Assembly: GCF_001447785.1 (NCBI RefSeq)
Contig: NW_015164185.1
Coordinates: 689,002 to 753,001, forward strand
Direction: 5' to 3'
DNA: 64,000 bases
Source: Gekko japonicus
Lineage: Eukaryota
The notes beneath the pieces are model-generated. The model made no database searches. It had not been told where the DNA came from and worked only from the letters and a program-made list of their open reading frames with translations. This document shows, in pieces, positions 1-12,756 of the stretch; the first letter of the stretch is position 1; every line of letters starts with the position of its first letter. Made by a program: the position numbers and the translations under genes.

Positions 1-617
1 GTCTGACTTTTCCTGTTTGCCCACATTAGCCTTAAACTTGCATGAGATAATTATCCATCTCTAGATCTCCCCTCCCTGCAGTTATACTATATCTTTATGT
101 CTGCATGTATGATTGGATTTGAAAGTTTACATTAAGAAATGTATGAGTTTTGTTGTCCCTATGTGCAACCTATGAGTAATTTATGTATGTACTTATTTAC
201 TATATTTCTATACTGCTTCTCACTGCTCAAAGAGCATGCAATACAACAGATTCATCATGAACATTAATTGTATGTTTCCAATATTAGTCCTAATTGCTGA
301 GTTCTTGCAGTTCAACTTCTTGAGGTAGAAGCAGGATGGCAAATGAAGCATCATGTCAAAGCACTCTACAACTGGCAGCTGCTTTTCTTACTTAGTACAG
401 TCTTGCTTTTACCTCAGGCCCAAGAGACTCTGGCTTTACCCTGTGACACAAACCTATCTGAAAATGCTCAGACAAAGTTGTAGAGTGCTTTAACATGCTG
501 TGCTTTCTTTCTGTTGATGTTTGGGTTGCCCAAAGTGCAGCTGTTACCTCTTGCTGGTTTGGGCTTTTGTCTGGATTTGTAAATCAATGTATTGGTAATT
601 CTGTTTGATTTAGTCTA

Positions 618-712
618 AAGTTTGAGTCCAGTTGCACGTTTAAGATCAACAAAGCATTATTCTGGGTATAAGCTTTCATGTGCATGCACAGTTCTTCAGG
701 TACATTGAAACA
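618..712 (-). mobile_element. Penelope-like element terminal (pseudo-LTR) remnant
   Basis: Same motif (gagtccagt..ttaagaYcaacaaag...ctgggtataagcttt..tgtgca) recurs at ~9345-9600, ~34685 and ~52410. A GIY-YIG fragment lies near the last copy. Confidence 0.65.
666..703 (-). ncRNA. Minimal type-I hammerhead ribozyme motif (Penelope-associated), slightly degenerate
   Basis: Minus strand reads gtac-CTGAAGA-actgtgcatgcacat-GAAA-gctt-atac: CUGANGA and GAAA core boxes, palindromic stem II, AAGCTT stem III, one mismatch in stem I. Confidence 0.6.
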
Positions 713-737
713 AGTGTGCATGATGTAGCTTGATGGT

Positions 738-1183
738 GGCCCCGGTCACACGAAAGGTTTTGGGCCGGGAGAGGGACAGATCGGGGCGCAGCAAATGGGT
801 GAGATCTCACCGCAACATCTGGGAAGCGGTGCGCACCCGTCCCCGATCCGGCCCTTCTGGCCGAAAATCTGCTATTAAAAAAACCCCCACCTCCCGAGCA
901 GGACTTACCAGAGACGCCGCAGCAAGCGCGGCCGTCGGATCGCCCAAGCATCCATCTTCTGGAGCAATTGAGGCTCCCAGCCGAACTGCACATGCTCACG
1001 CATGCGCAGCTGGCGGCCTCCCGCTCCACTCGGTGGCTTCCTCCCCGGCATCTGATCGTGCCGGGAAGCAACGGCGCGGCGGCTCAGGGGATCAATGTGA
1101 TCCCGCCGCTGCGTGTTTCTTTTGGTGCAACTCTGAATAGCCGCACTTTGCCCGTGTTTTTTTTCTGCCTTGTGGCAGGGACC
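738..1183. mobile_element. PIF/Harbinger-like MITE (GC-rich, quasi-palindromic)
   Basis: Imperfect TIRs (ggccccggtcacac / tgtggcagggacc) and internal similarity to 3358-3798, including the aactgcRcatgct..catgcgcag hairpin. No TSD evident. Confidence 0.6.
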
Positions 1184-1618
1184 AAAGATAAGATTTTTTT
1201 TTCTTTTTAAAAGCAAAACTAATTGAGAACAGTGTTTATTTGTAGGCAGATGTGGAATAAGGGGCAACTTTATTTAATTTTACATCAAGTATATAGAGAT
1301 CTGCAGCAAAAAAAAAAGCCCATTTCATACTGCATCACAGTGTGGACAATTGATGGCATGCAGAAGAATCAGGCCTCCACTGCCTGTGTGTCCCTGTGTT
1401 TTTGACATGGCCACCCTGGCTCCGAGTCCTAAGCAGCGAAGGTGCATACCAACCAGGTTCTTCCTTACCAAACATTTATTGATGCTTAATGGAGGTTTGC
1501 CATATTCCTTCCCCCTATCAATGAGTTCCATGGATCAATCTCTCCTCTGAAAGGACTCCTGTCCAATCAACATAAAGGCACTGAAGGCCCAAGTTTTTGT
1601 TCTGATGATTGCCCCTTC

Positions 1619-1901
1619 AGCCAGTTTGGTGTAGTGATTAAGTGCATGGACTCTAATCTGGGAGAACCGGGTTTGATTCCCCACTTGTCCACTTGTAGCT
1701 GCTGGATGACCTTGGGCAAGCCATAGTTCTGTCAGCTGTTCTCTCAGGAGCAGTTCTGGAAAGAGCTCTCTCAGCCCCACCTACTTCACAGGGTGTCTAT
1801 TGTGGGGAGGGGAAGGGAAAAGGAATTTGTAAGCCGCTCTGAGACTTCAAGTGAAGGGTGGGGTATAGATCCAATCTCTTCTTCTTCTTCTCTTCTTCTT
1901 C
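1619..1901 (+). mobile_element. Squam3-like tRNA-derived SINE
   Basis: A box (tggtgtagtgattaag), B box (ggtttgattccc), L2-like 3' end (tgtaagccgctctgag..gggtata) and (ttc)n tail. Multiple copies in the window. Confidence 0.85.
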
Positions 1902-2158
1902 AGCTGATGCCTCAGGATACCCATCTAAGTTTTATATATGCCAGTCAACCAACTTTACCTGTGCTGATACCACCACAAGGGACACCAGCTCACTGCTTGG
2001 TCCCCCGCCACCCCAACTGCTCCTGAGAGTCTGACCAGGCACTGCTGCAAATGGCCAAGAATGTTATAACCAGACTGAGGAAATGGCTTTCCATCACACT
2101 TGCACATGCAAGGCAAGCAATTCTTGGCGTCAATTGTGCACTCAAAGAGCCATCCACC

Positions 2159-2547
2159 CAGAGGTCATTTCGGGGGGATCGCGGGGGATCGCAGTTCCCC
2201 CGGGTGAGGTACGTGGGGGTGGGGCACATGACGCCCTGCTTCCGGCCCTCATTCAGCCAGGAGGAGGCAGGAGAAGAGGGAGGGTAAGTTGCTTCCTCCC
2301 TGCCTCTCCCCACCCCTGCCTGCCTGGGGCCAGGGAGGGCCTTCGCGGGGCTCGGCAGTGGAGCTGGAAGGCCGGCGGCGGCAGCCGGGACCGTTGGGGG
2401 TGGGGTGTGTGGCCTTATGACACACTTTCGGTGATGTCAGAGGGTGTGGCCTTATGACACACTTCCGGTGATATCAGGGGGTGTGGCATATGCTAATGAG
2501 TTATGCTAATGAGTCCCCCTAGCTCTTCTTCTATGAAACGACCCCTG
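2159..2547 (+). mobile_element. Non-autonomous hAT transposon (MITE), copy 1 with an internal deletion
   Basis: TIRs cagaggtcattt / aaacgacccctg and a perfect 8-bp TSD CATCCACC (2151-2158, 2548-2555). Homologous to 16009-16471 and 48773-49238. Confidence 0.9.
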
Positions 2548-3033
2548 CATCCACCCAACTAAACCAACTCCAGTCTCACTTTTCCATTCACTTTGCAGTG
2601 TGGTTATTCTTAATAAGCATTAGGATTGGCTTAAAACCTCTGGTCAATGAAGCTAATAAGTGAAAGGAAAGGAAGGAAAGAAAAGGAATAAACATGAGGT
2701 GTGAGGAGCTCCTCCACCCTTTCCATTGCAGCATTTCCACCAGGCACAGCCTTGATGTTGACATATGTGGGTGACCACCAGGAGCTGCACCTGGAAGGAC
2801 AAACGGCATAGGATCCAAGCCTTAGTATTCCATGAGCCAGGCAGAGAACAGCTAGGTGTTGGTCTGTCTCCAATCTTAGAGTGGCTATAATTTGGCAGCA
2901 CCACTATTCCATGTCTTCCTTTAACAAAAGCACAAGAAAAATACAAATAGTAAAATGCCTGGGATTGTCAGTATATCCTGAGTATTGTCCCAGTTAAGTT
3001 GAAACTGTTGGAAAGTAAGAAATGATTGTATTT

Positions 3034-3321
3034 AGAAGAAGAAGAGAGAAGAGATTGGATTTATACCCCGCCCTTCACTACCCAAAGGTGTCTCAGAGCG
3101 GCTTACAAACTCCTTTCCCTTCCCCTCCCCACAACAGACACCCTGTAAGGTAGGTGGGGCTGAGAGAGCTCTTGACAGAAACTGCTCTTTTTCAAGAACA
3201 GCTCTTAGCAGAACTACGGCTTGCCCAAGGTCATCCAGCCAGTTGCAAGTGGAGGAGTGGGGAATCAAACCCGGTTCTCCCACATTAGAGTCCACGTACT
3301 TAACCACTACACCAAACTGGC
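3034..3321 (-). mobile_element. Squam3-like tRNA-derived SINE
   Basis: Reverse complement of the 1619-1901 family, with a (gaa)n tail. Confidence 0.85.
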
Positions 3322-3357
3322 TTCAGTTTATAAACTGAAGTTCAAAAAGATTACTTA

Positions 3358-3798
3358 GGTCCCGTTCATACGCGGCGATTTGGGCCAGTTGCGGGCCAGT
3401 TTGGGGGCGGATCAAAGCAGCGCGATCACACCACCACATCTGGGAAGCGTTCTGCTTCCGCACCCGAACTGGCCCAAACCCGGGAAGAACCGCCGCAAAA
3501 TGAACCACCTACCTTGGTGGTTCAAGTGGACGCGGCGCTTCTTCCCGGGCGTCTGATCGCCGGCGCTCCCTTGCGCCGGCTCAACCCCGGCCCGGAGCCG
3601 AACTGCGCATGCTCCGACATGCGCAGTTCGGCCGGCTCCCGGTTAGGGCTGTGTTTTCTCCCCGGCGTTTGATCGCACCGGGGAGAAACGGCGGCGCGGC
3701 CGGGGGATCCGTGAGATCCCGCCGTGCCGTGTCAACATTGGCGCGGCTTTTAAAAGCCGCGCCTTCTAGCGCCTTTTCCCCTGCGTGTGGCAGGGGCC
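3358..3798. mobile_element. PIF/Harbinger-like MITE
   Basis: Imperfect TIRs ggtcccgttcatacgc / gcgtgtggcaggggcc, 3-bp TTA TSD on both sides (3355-3357, 3799-3801), CpG-rich. Confidence 0.75.
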
Positions 3799-5299
3799 TT
3801 AATTAACTTTGCATGAAAATAATGTTCTCCGAAGCATGTGATGTATAGGTCTACTGTAGAGTTTCATTTTTTAAAAAATGGCCTAATCACTGCAACCATA
3901 TAAAATCTATGCCAGGAATCACCCCAAAAGACATGCATATAAATCATTCACTCAATAAGAGACAAAGTGCAATTGAAGCTCATACCAATGCATCAATGGA
4001 TAGGCTTCCAATTCCTTGCATAATTAAAATGAACATTTAATATGAAAATGTGTAGATATGATATGTTGGCTGGGTAATGACGCATTCCGCTTTGGGAACT
4101 ACCCATGGCTGAATATTTCCTGATTCCTAGAACAGCTTCTACATCGATGTGCCTTGAATATTTTTCATCACATTGTTGTTAACTAAAATGTTTTCATTTT
4201 TATTTAATGGAACAATATTATATCCCTATATAATAGCCCTATAACCTGGAGAGTAACGCATATACCAAAGTATGAATGCAATAGTATAATGTTTGGTAGT
4301 CAAGGCAACTGAATATTACCATGTCTGGTTGCCTCCCTCATTCCATGGAGTTTTTCTATATAATTTTGGCAAAGGAAAGGTTGAACTTGGAAAGACCTGT
4401 GTGAGCAGCAGACCGGCTGGGCTCTGATAATGAAGGGGCAGGGCCAGCAGCAGGAGAGGAGATGCATTTAATGGAGGCAAGAGAAGCCGAGCTGACAGGG
4501 GCGAGAGGTGAGCTGTGAGGGAAGAAACAGGAAAAGCGATGGCCAGGAAAGGAGAGGATGAAACCAGCCTTTGAAGGAGAGATGCCAGCAGCATTCGGGG
4601 AGGGACAGAGACTCCAAACAGCCAATGACTGAGATGCCAGGAAAGAGCCTCTCTCCAATGTCCAAGGACAGATGAAACAGTTGGGAGGGGCGAGGCCTGC
4701 TGAAGAAACCTGACAGGGATGCAGAGCTGATGGAAGTGTAAAACCCCAAGAAGAGCCTCTCTGCAGGTTGGACTTGAGGTGGGAAGGGCCCACCCAAGGC
4801 TGCAGGATTCACTCTGGGGAAATGGGGACAAGACTGGTCTTTGTAAAGGGGTCAGGTGAGGGAGCACTGGAGTTGGTAAATAAAACAAAGACATATAGCT
4901 TGTGATGACCCTTGTTGCTGGATGCTGTAGTGACCTCCTGCAGCTCCCTCAGGGCTGAAGCCACTATTATCTTATAACCTGAATACTCCAGATGCTTCTC
5001 TGTGAGCTTTCCACTGCTTCCGGCCTTCCTACAGTCAGTTATTCTTCCGTTGTCACTCCCAGAAAGGCCAAGGTATAAATTTTATGGTGAGGGGATATGG
5101 GTACTCTGAGGGGGTATGGTTTTCTTGAGACTCATTGGGTAGGACTCAGTGGTGAGACTTGATGATGCCACATTATTAATAGCCATATTAATAGTATGTA
5201 TTATATGGTATTTGTGGCATCGTAATCATGTGATTTTGAAGAGATGGGATATTTAGCAGACTAAAAAAAATAAAAAATAAAAAGGAAATTAACTATGTG

Positions 5300-6410
5300 C
5301 TACACTGTAGTACCAGATTATTGCCTCTCATCGACAATTTACATATGAACATGTGACCATAAAGGCATATATAGAAGTCTTCTAGAAAGGCATATACTAT
5401 CAGCTATCCAAGAGGAAGACTGCCCAAGAAATCAGAAGGAGACTAAGACTGGGAAGGGCAGCAGTGAAAGAAAAGTTCCTTTAGTGTAAGGATGTATCGC
5501 TGGCAACCAAGATCAAGCTGATTTGTACTATAGTATTCCCCATTACAATGTACGGGTGTGAATGCTGGTCAGTGAAGAAAGCTGACAGGAATAAAAGTTG
5601 ATTATTTTGAAATGTGGTGTTAGAGGAGAGTTTTTACAGATACCATGGACCACCAAAAAGACAAATCAGTGAGTTCAATATTAGGGATGAGCACAAATTG
5701 GCAGACAAACTAAAGTTCGTCATGAATTTGGGCTGGTTCATGGTTCACAAAGTGATGTTCACAAACTGAAGAACTGTCACAAACTTCAATGGATTTTGAT
5801 GCAGTTTGTGGTGGTTCATGATGAGAGGAAAGCAGGGGTTTACTCCTCTTTATGAAAAGCAGCTGAGACGTCCAATGCAGAAAGCAGGGTTTAAAAGGCT
5901 CAGAGCCATTTAAACGAAAGAGCTGCTTTTTGATCCCCATGAAAAGCTATGGGGAGCAGAAAGCAGGGGTTTAAACTTTAGATGGCTCATGAACCAATAC
6001 AAACTGGTTTGGTGTGCAAACTGGCATATCAGTTCATTGTGCAGTTTGTAATTCAGTCATAAACCACAAATCAAACTGCAAAAATGTGGTTTGTGCCTAT
6101 CCCTATTCTAGGTCAAATCAAACTTGGACTCTCCCTAGAAGCTAAAATGACCAAACAGAGGCTATCACACTTTGGTCACATTATAAGAAGACAAGACTCA
6201 TGGGAAAAGACAATAATGTTAAGAAAAGTTGAAGGTAGTAGGAAAAGAGGGAGACCTAACATGAATTGAATTGGCTTAATCAAGGAAGGCACAGCCCTTA
6301 GTTTGCAAGATCTGAGAAAGGCTGTTAATGATAGGATGTTTTGGAGGTCATTAGTTCATAGTGTAACCATAAGTTAAAAGGAATTTGATGACACTTAAAA
6401 CACACACAGA
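5300..6410 (+). mobile_element. Old, decayed RTE-BovB LINE 3' fragment, interrupted by a MITE
   Basis: Translatable remnants include VFPITMYGCECWSVKKADR and LSLEAKMTKQRLSHFGHIIRRQDSWEKTIMLRKVEGSRKRGRP. Ends in a (ca)n-like tail. Confidence 0.85.
5682..6105. mobile_element. hAT-like MITE nested in BovB
   Basis: TIRs tagggatgagcacaaa / tttgtgcctatcccta, degenerate 8-bp TSD (ttcaatat / ttctaggt). BovB sequence resumes on both sides. Confidence 0.75.
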
Positions 6411-7246
6411 GGGACCTGTGTGTTAGATGCATAAAGTATTATGCCTTGTTATAACAACACAGTCCTGAGACATTTTTTCATGCATTAAATATTACCTAGG
6501 TTACCTCTTTGTTATTCTTGGCCCTCCTAAAATGAGCTGAAAACAGTTCTTCTGTGATATGAAACAAGTAGTTGTTTGTCAAAAATGGAGCCAATTGGCC
6601 TGGCCCTTCCACAGCCTGGTATTAGAGGAAGTTTATACCGTGTTGGTGATGTTACAATTAAATTCCAAAAAGGGAGGTCTTAACACAGATAACATTAATC
6701 TAAATCAATTTAAATATACATCTTGCAAGCTATAATGATATTAAGCTTGTAATCAAGCAGTCAGAGATTAAGCATTTATTCTTTTGTCCTCCACCTTGAA
6801 GTAAAAGAAAGCTTCTACTGTAATTAAATCAGTTGCTCCACGGTATTTGACTAAACATCTGATTTAATCTGGTCCTATAATTATTTTAAGTGATTTTAAT
6901 TAGTACCATCTGCGGTGCAATTTGTAAACAAGTTACTTCTGTAAATATGCATATTAGATAAGTAGATTGCTAACCAATTTAAAAGTTCTGAATCTCTAAT
7001 AGTTTCTTGACTTAAATATAGTTGAAAACAAGTGACATAGATTACAGAAAAAATATTACATTAAACCTTTTTTACAAAAGGAATGCCAGTGCAAAGGTAG
7101 ATTGTTGTCGGTTGTGCAACATATTTTCCAGGTTTTCAGGTAATTTCCTCACACAGGAATGAAAGAAAAACAGTGGGATAGACAATATGATCTGAAGACA
7201 AGGCAGGGGATCAAAACTTTCATTTCTTTGCTCACTTCCAGTTACT

Positions 7247-7452
7247 CAATGTTCCCTCTAAGCTGTGGAGTCCTGTGAGCAACAATTCTACTTTGTGAGC
7301 TACTGACATTACAGCTGTGGGTGAGCAATCTGGCTGCTGCATAAATGAGTTGGCTCTGGAGCCCTCCTTCCCAAGCTGAGACAAAAATGTGTGAGCCAGA
7401 GTCTAAAAAACTGTGAGCTGGCTCACACTGGCTCAGCTTAGAGGGAACACTG
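7247..7452. mobile_element. Short hAT-like MITE
   Basis: TIRs caatgttccctctaagctg / cagcttagagggaacactg, partial TSD (gttac). Confidence 0.75.
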
Positions 7453-7810
7453 GTTACAATTATACTTAACCTGCTATATTTAACCTGCTTCATGTTCCTG
7501 GCTATGTTTTCTCATTTATTAAATAAAATGGCCAGTTATCGCTTATTGGAGTGCATAAAATGCTCTGTTTGAATAGATCATGGATCTCTGGATTGCAGGA
7601 CAAGCTATTAGTATTGTGGAGTGATCACAGAGCATTGGTCTTTGCAGTACCTAGACTGTTGTAAAGGGGGAATATTATTAAGGGAGGGACTTCCAGGTTG
7701 GGGGGGTCACTCCTTGCTTAGGTGGAGAATTGTGTGTGTCTCCTCTTTAAAAACAATCCTAAACAGGTCTACTCAGATTTCTACTCAGGCCTATTCAATG
7801 GGGCTTACTC

Positions 7811-8094
7811 CTAGTTTGGTGTAGTGGTTAAGTACACAGACTCTAATCTGGGAGAACCAGGTTTGATTCCCCACTCCTCCACTTGCACCTGCTGATGTAA
7901 CCTTGGGTCAGTCACAAGCTCTGGCACAGCTGTTCCTGAAAGAGCAGTTTGTGTCAGAGTTCTCTCAGCCCCACCCACCTCACAGGGGGTCTGTTGTGGG
8001 GAGGGGAAGGGAAAGGGGTTTGTAAGCCGCTCTGAGACTCCAAGTGAAGGGCGGGGTATAAATCCAATCTCTTCTCTTCTTCTTCTTGTTCTTC
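7811..8094 (+). mobile_element. Squam3-like tRNA-derived SINE
   Basis: A/B boxes, same body as other copies, (ttc)n tail. Confidence 0.85.
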
Positions 8095-8303
8095 AAAAGT
8101 GTTCTTAGGATTGTTAGAATACTTCTGTAAAAACTAGCAGTCTTATATTTTGCATTCACATTTTTAAAAATTATCTTAAGAGTTATATAGGAAATTGTTT
8201 TTAAATTATGTATGACAAAATGACTGGATATGAAATTCCACTAATGCATATTTCCACAGGAAAAACAATGGAATTCCACTGGACTACTCACCTGTTTTAC
8301 CAT

Positions 8304-9327
8304 GGCTGCAGTCACACGGAGCATTTGCCATGCTGATGACATGGATGGTAGGTGGATTTTCCGGGTGCGATCACACCGCAACATCTGGGAAACGTAGAGC
8401 TCCCGTGGCTAACCCGAGGCTTTCCACCAAAGATGAGGAGTAAAAAACTAGTACCTCCGAGGTACTAGTTTCCGGAAGCCGCAGGGCAAGGGCGGGCGTC
8501 TGATCGTGTTTCTGGTGGACTTACGTGGCATCCGGCGCCCGGCGCTGTTCATTGCACACAAGGGGTTTTTTTTGTCTCCCAAGTCTCCGCAGGTTGCACA
8601 ACAGCACCCAACAACTCAAGAATTTTTAAAGGAACAGCTGGGAAGGTCGGAGGATGTGAAAAAAAAGAAGAGGACCGTAGGTCCAGTGGCGAGCTGGAAA
8701 CTGGTTCATCTGGCGAGGACTCTTTGTCTGAGCAGGGGGCAGCAGCCCCGAAAAGTCCCTACATGTTGCGGAAAAGAGAGAAGAAGTAGTAAAGGCTGAA
8801 GGACTCTGAATTGTGCCTTTGAGAACTTTGGTTCCTGGGGATGATTGGGGGCACTGTTATTGGGCAGTTAAATGTAAATGGGGAGGGCTAAAAGTTTTAA
8901 AAGTTTGACACAATTCATAAGAAGAACAATGATGAAAAGACTGGATGCATAAAAGCTAGTTGGAGGGTCTCCTCTCTTGGGTTTTTAGAAGCCGCAGGGC
9001 AAGGGCGGGCGTCTGATCACATTTCCGGTGGACTTACGTGGCATCCGGCACCCGGCGCTGTTCATTGCACACAAGGGGTTTTTTTGTCTCCCAAGTCTCT
9101 GCAGGTTGCACAACAGTGCCCAACAGTGCATGTGCACAAAGAGCGATTGCTAGTGTGATCACGCGGCGCGGCTTCTGTGCCGTGCTGCAGGATACCCATC
9201 TGGTCAGCATCTCCCCCCTAACTACGGGACCTCGACCGGGACATGTGCTTGGGCGGCCGCGTGTTAGTTTCCTCCGGGGCAATTCGCCACCCCCCCCCCG
9301 CGATATCCGGCCCATGTGACCAGGGCC
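8304..9327. mobile_element. Harbinger-like MITE with an internal ~139-bp duplication flanking a ~374-bp insert
   Basis: TIR-like ends ggctgcagtcacac / atgtgaccagggcc, possible CAT TSD. Shares the gatcacaccgcaacatctgggaa motif with 738-1183 and 3358-3798. Confidence 0.6.
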
Positions 9328-9339
9328 CATGTTACTTAA

Positions 9340-9600
9340 AGAACAAAGGTTAAGTCCAGTGGATCCCTTAAGACCAACAAAGTTTAATTCTGGGTATAAG
9401 CTTTTGTGTGCACACATACTTCTTTAAATACATTGAAACAGTTTTCCTCAAGCCTTTCCTATAGGTAGAGAGAGGATGGGGTGTGCAAGCACATGAAAGC
9501 TTATACTCAGAATTAAACTTTGTTGGTCTTAAAGGTGCCACTGGATTCAAACTTTGTTCTGCTGCTTCAGACCAACATGGCTACCCACCTAAATCCATCT
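9340..9600. mobile_element. Inverted pair of Penelope-like terminal repeats
   Basis: ttaagaccaacaaagtttaattctgggtataagcttt and its reverse complement aaagcttatactcagaattaaactttgttggtcttaa flank a short spacer. The hammerhead core is mutated here. Confidence 0.7.
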
Positions 9601-10549
9601 TCATGTTATTTAAAGGATTTGTTGTCTATGAAGAGATAATTGTAACCTTTTAATAGCAGCAAGAAAGAATATAGCCCAGAAGCAGATGAAAAATGGCCCA
9701 GATGTTAGACTGTTCCTTGGTTTTACCCCACCTTTTCATCCTTACAGAATTAACATAGGGCTGACAATCAAGTATCCCCCCCTATAAAAATCATTATTAC
9801 ATCCAACATAATACAATAACCAATGAAGAGTTTGGATGTGTAATATAAAGTTGGCCAATTTAGCTGAGTAAGAGAAGGGAAGAAAATTGAACTTCATACT
9901 TATTCAGAAAATGACTTTATTCCTTATGCTTAGGATGAGATGGTAGACTACAGTATATGCACATTTTCAATTTTTAAAACTACTGTGTAGTACTTTTGGT
10001 TTCTTTATGAACTTGTAAGCTAAAATAAACAGCAACTATATTTATAATTTATATGAGGGAGAAAAACTGTTGTTATGGTTGTGTAATCTGAATTCTGCCT
10101 TAAGTGAACAATAAAGTAATAATGACCAGATAGTACAAATTGTTCCACCCACAAAGGATTTCATTACTTCAGTCTCTCTCTGTAGAACTAGCACTGGAGG
10201 CTATCCACACAGAGCAATTTGAAAGCCTGAGACCTAATTGTTAGCATGATGTGTGTGGTGGGGAAAAAACAATATAAGGTAGCAGACAGTTACCTCTGGC
10301 ATGTTAATAAGGCCATGGAATGTTTGTGTGATCAAGTACCTATAATTTAATTAAAATTCTGATAAATAAGAAAAAGCTATAATGAGGGGGGTTTCTTTGG
10401 GGGGGGGATAAGAAGCACATAGCATAATATTTGGAAGGATTAGTTACCATTATCTTGGTGTTATCTCCCTCCCCCAAATCCCATGGAAATAATGGGGATT
10501 TAGACTAAAGCAAGTGTAAGCCTGATTGCTCTGTGTTCTTATCAATATT

Positions 10550-11592
10550 GGGGATCTATGATTTATAGAACCGCAATAGGTGATAGGGAGCAATCACCAG
10601 TGTATACAGAGGTCCCACTTTTTCCAGGAGATATCAGTAATAGGCACAAAGGCTGAAGTAAGTTTAAAATGACGTCTTTACTGTATTCTTTTCCATATTC
10701 AAACAATACACATACGCAAACACAATTACGCAGCTTCTAGGAAAAATAAAGAGAGATGGGTAGCACGTTCGCATTAGCAGGATATCGTTGGTGGGCAATA
10801 CTTTACCTGTCCGAAGAGATGAAGCTTCCAAATGGAAAAATAAGGGAACTATAAGGAAATGGGGGGTTTAAGCTAAGGAAATGGGAATCATGTGACTGGA
10901 CCAGCAGACACACGTGGAAAGACTCTGGCTGCAGTCCCAGAGCCTTGGGGTAGGGGGGATGGCAAGGTAGCCAAAGATAAGAGTCAGCGAATATAGAGGT
11001 CATGGAGGGGGTGTAGAGAGGGAGTAAGAGCAAGAGTGTGAGAGAGTGAGCACATGGCTGGGTGTCCCTTTTAAGGGGGGGCTTGGGGGGTTGTGCCAGG
11101 CTGGTCACATGTCTTGGCCCACCTTCTACTAGTCCATCCCAAAAGACACACTATTGGATACAGGGAACAAGGGAAGGGGAATAAGGGAGTGGTCAATATT
11201 GAGAGCTAGTAACGTAGACTGGAGAGTGGCACCTGGATGAAGAGGGAATGAGTCATCGGGCTAGGGCTATTGTTTCTCGATGGGCTTAGCCAAGCCTGTT
11301 GATGGCTGAGGGATTAGTTTCCAAGCAACCGTGTGTAGAACCTCTCAGTTGTGTGCTGTCTTGTAGGTAGATGTGGGGGGGGGTTGCCTGCGTGTGACAG
11401 AGGGAACTCCTCATGGCGTTTGGAGCTTCTTTGTCCTTGTGTCATGGCATGGCGTTTGACTCCTCCATGCATCTAGGGAACTGGTCCATCTCACAGCAGG
11501 TAAGAGGGCAGGTAACCTTGAAGAACCAACTGGAACAGTAACGCAAAGGAAGACTTTATTCTCTAAGGTGTGAATTCTCAACTGCCATCACA
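10550..11592 (-). mobile_element. Possible solo LTR (ERV-like)
   Basis: Compositional shift, with minus-strand CCAAT, TTAAAA box and AGTAAA signal in LTR-like order. Boundaries and TSD not resolved. Confidence 0.3.
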
Positions 11593-12756
11593 TTGGGTCA
11601 CTATGCAGTACAGTCCCTTAAGCATATGCTTGCACAGTCCATTTTATCACTTAGAACTTATACAGTTCATAAGAGCACATTAAGTGCCTTGCAGGGCAAC
11701 ACAAGGTTCCTATGTAGTGCGACGTTTGTATCTTTTTAGTATAGAAAGTTTTAAAAAAAGAATGTACATCAAGGTATAATATTCATTTAAGTTATACTGT
11801 TCCTCATTGTTATGAGTACTCCATTTGGAGACTGGTGCCATGACCCACATCAGGCACACTTTCACTGGAGAAGCCGGTCTATTTGCATATGAAAATCTCA
11901 GTAATTTCAAGGATGAGTGGAATGGCTTCAGATCCCCTCTGCTAGACTGCAGACCATGGGGGTTACCTCCTGCCGGCTCCAAGAGCATTCTGTATCACAA
12001 TGATACATTTTTTATAAATCCCAAGTTCATTCAGTGCCAAGCTAGCTTGTGAAAAGTTTCACTTTTAGATATCTCATCTGATGCTACACAGTATCATAGA
12101 CAGTCTCAAGTGATTCAGGCAGTCTCTTGAAAATTACTATATTAGAGTGCAACACTCAATTCCACAGCCGGTTTTTGACTTTAATTTGTGATATGTTTAT
12201 TATGGAAAGCAGGCCATGATCAAACACAGTTCAGAAACAATAAACGTTTCTCACAATCATTCACTGGTCCCCAATGATATGAATGAGGGTCCAAGCTGAA
12301 AATGAAATACATTCAGCATGATTATTACAAATTCTATGAAGCCCCAGGGCCTGAGCCTCTGATAACACTGCCAGTCCCATGTAGTAGTGTGCAGAAAAAC
12401 GAGGATGGCTTTGGAGATCACTGTGGAATCTCCAGGGCATTCCTTTTCTCCGTTCTCTAAAGCTCTCATGAAATCTGTTGGTAAGTAAAATCAACATAGG
12501 ATTTGTTCACCTTTTTGAATCCAAGGAGAGGTAGGATACTTGAAACAAGAACAACAAAAACCACAACGGAACAAAACAGATTTAAGAAACCCCAGGTTAA
12601 AGCTTCATTAAATGAGAAAGGACAGCATTTTATTCTTAAGGCATGTGAAAACATTTAAAAAATCAATATGCTTTTAGAAAACAAAGTGGGTTAAACAGCC
12701 TGTATGAAAGGGAGAATGTTTCTTTTAGCTATTGAAAGTTGTGGTGGGTGTAGCAG

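Noticed and set aside
1619-1690. tRNA genes at SINE heads
   Set aside because: A and B boxes are present, but there is no complete cloverleaf and each continues into the same SINE body.
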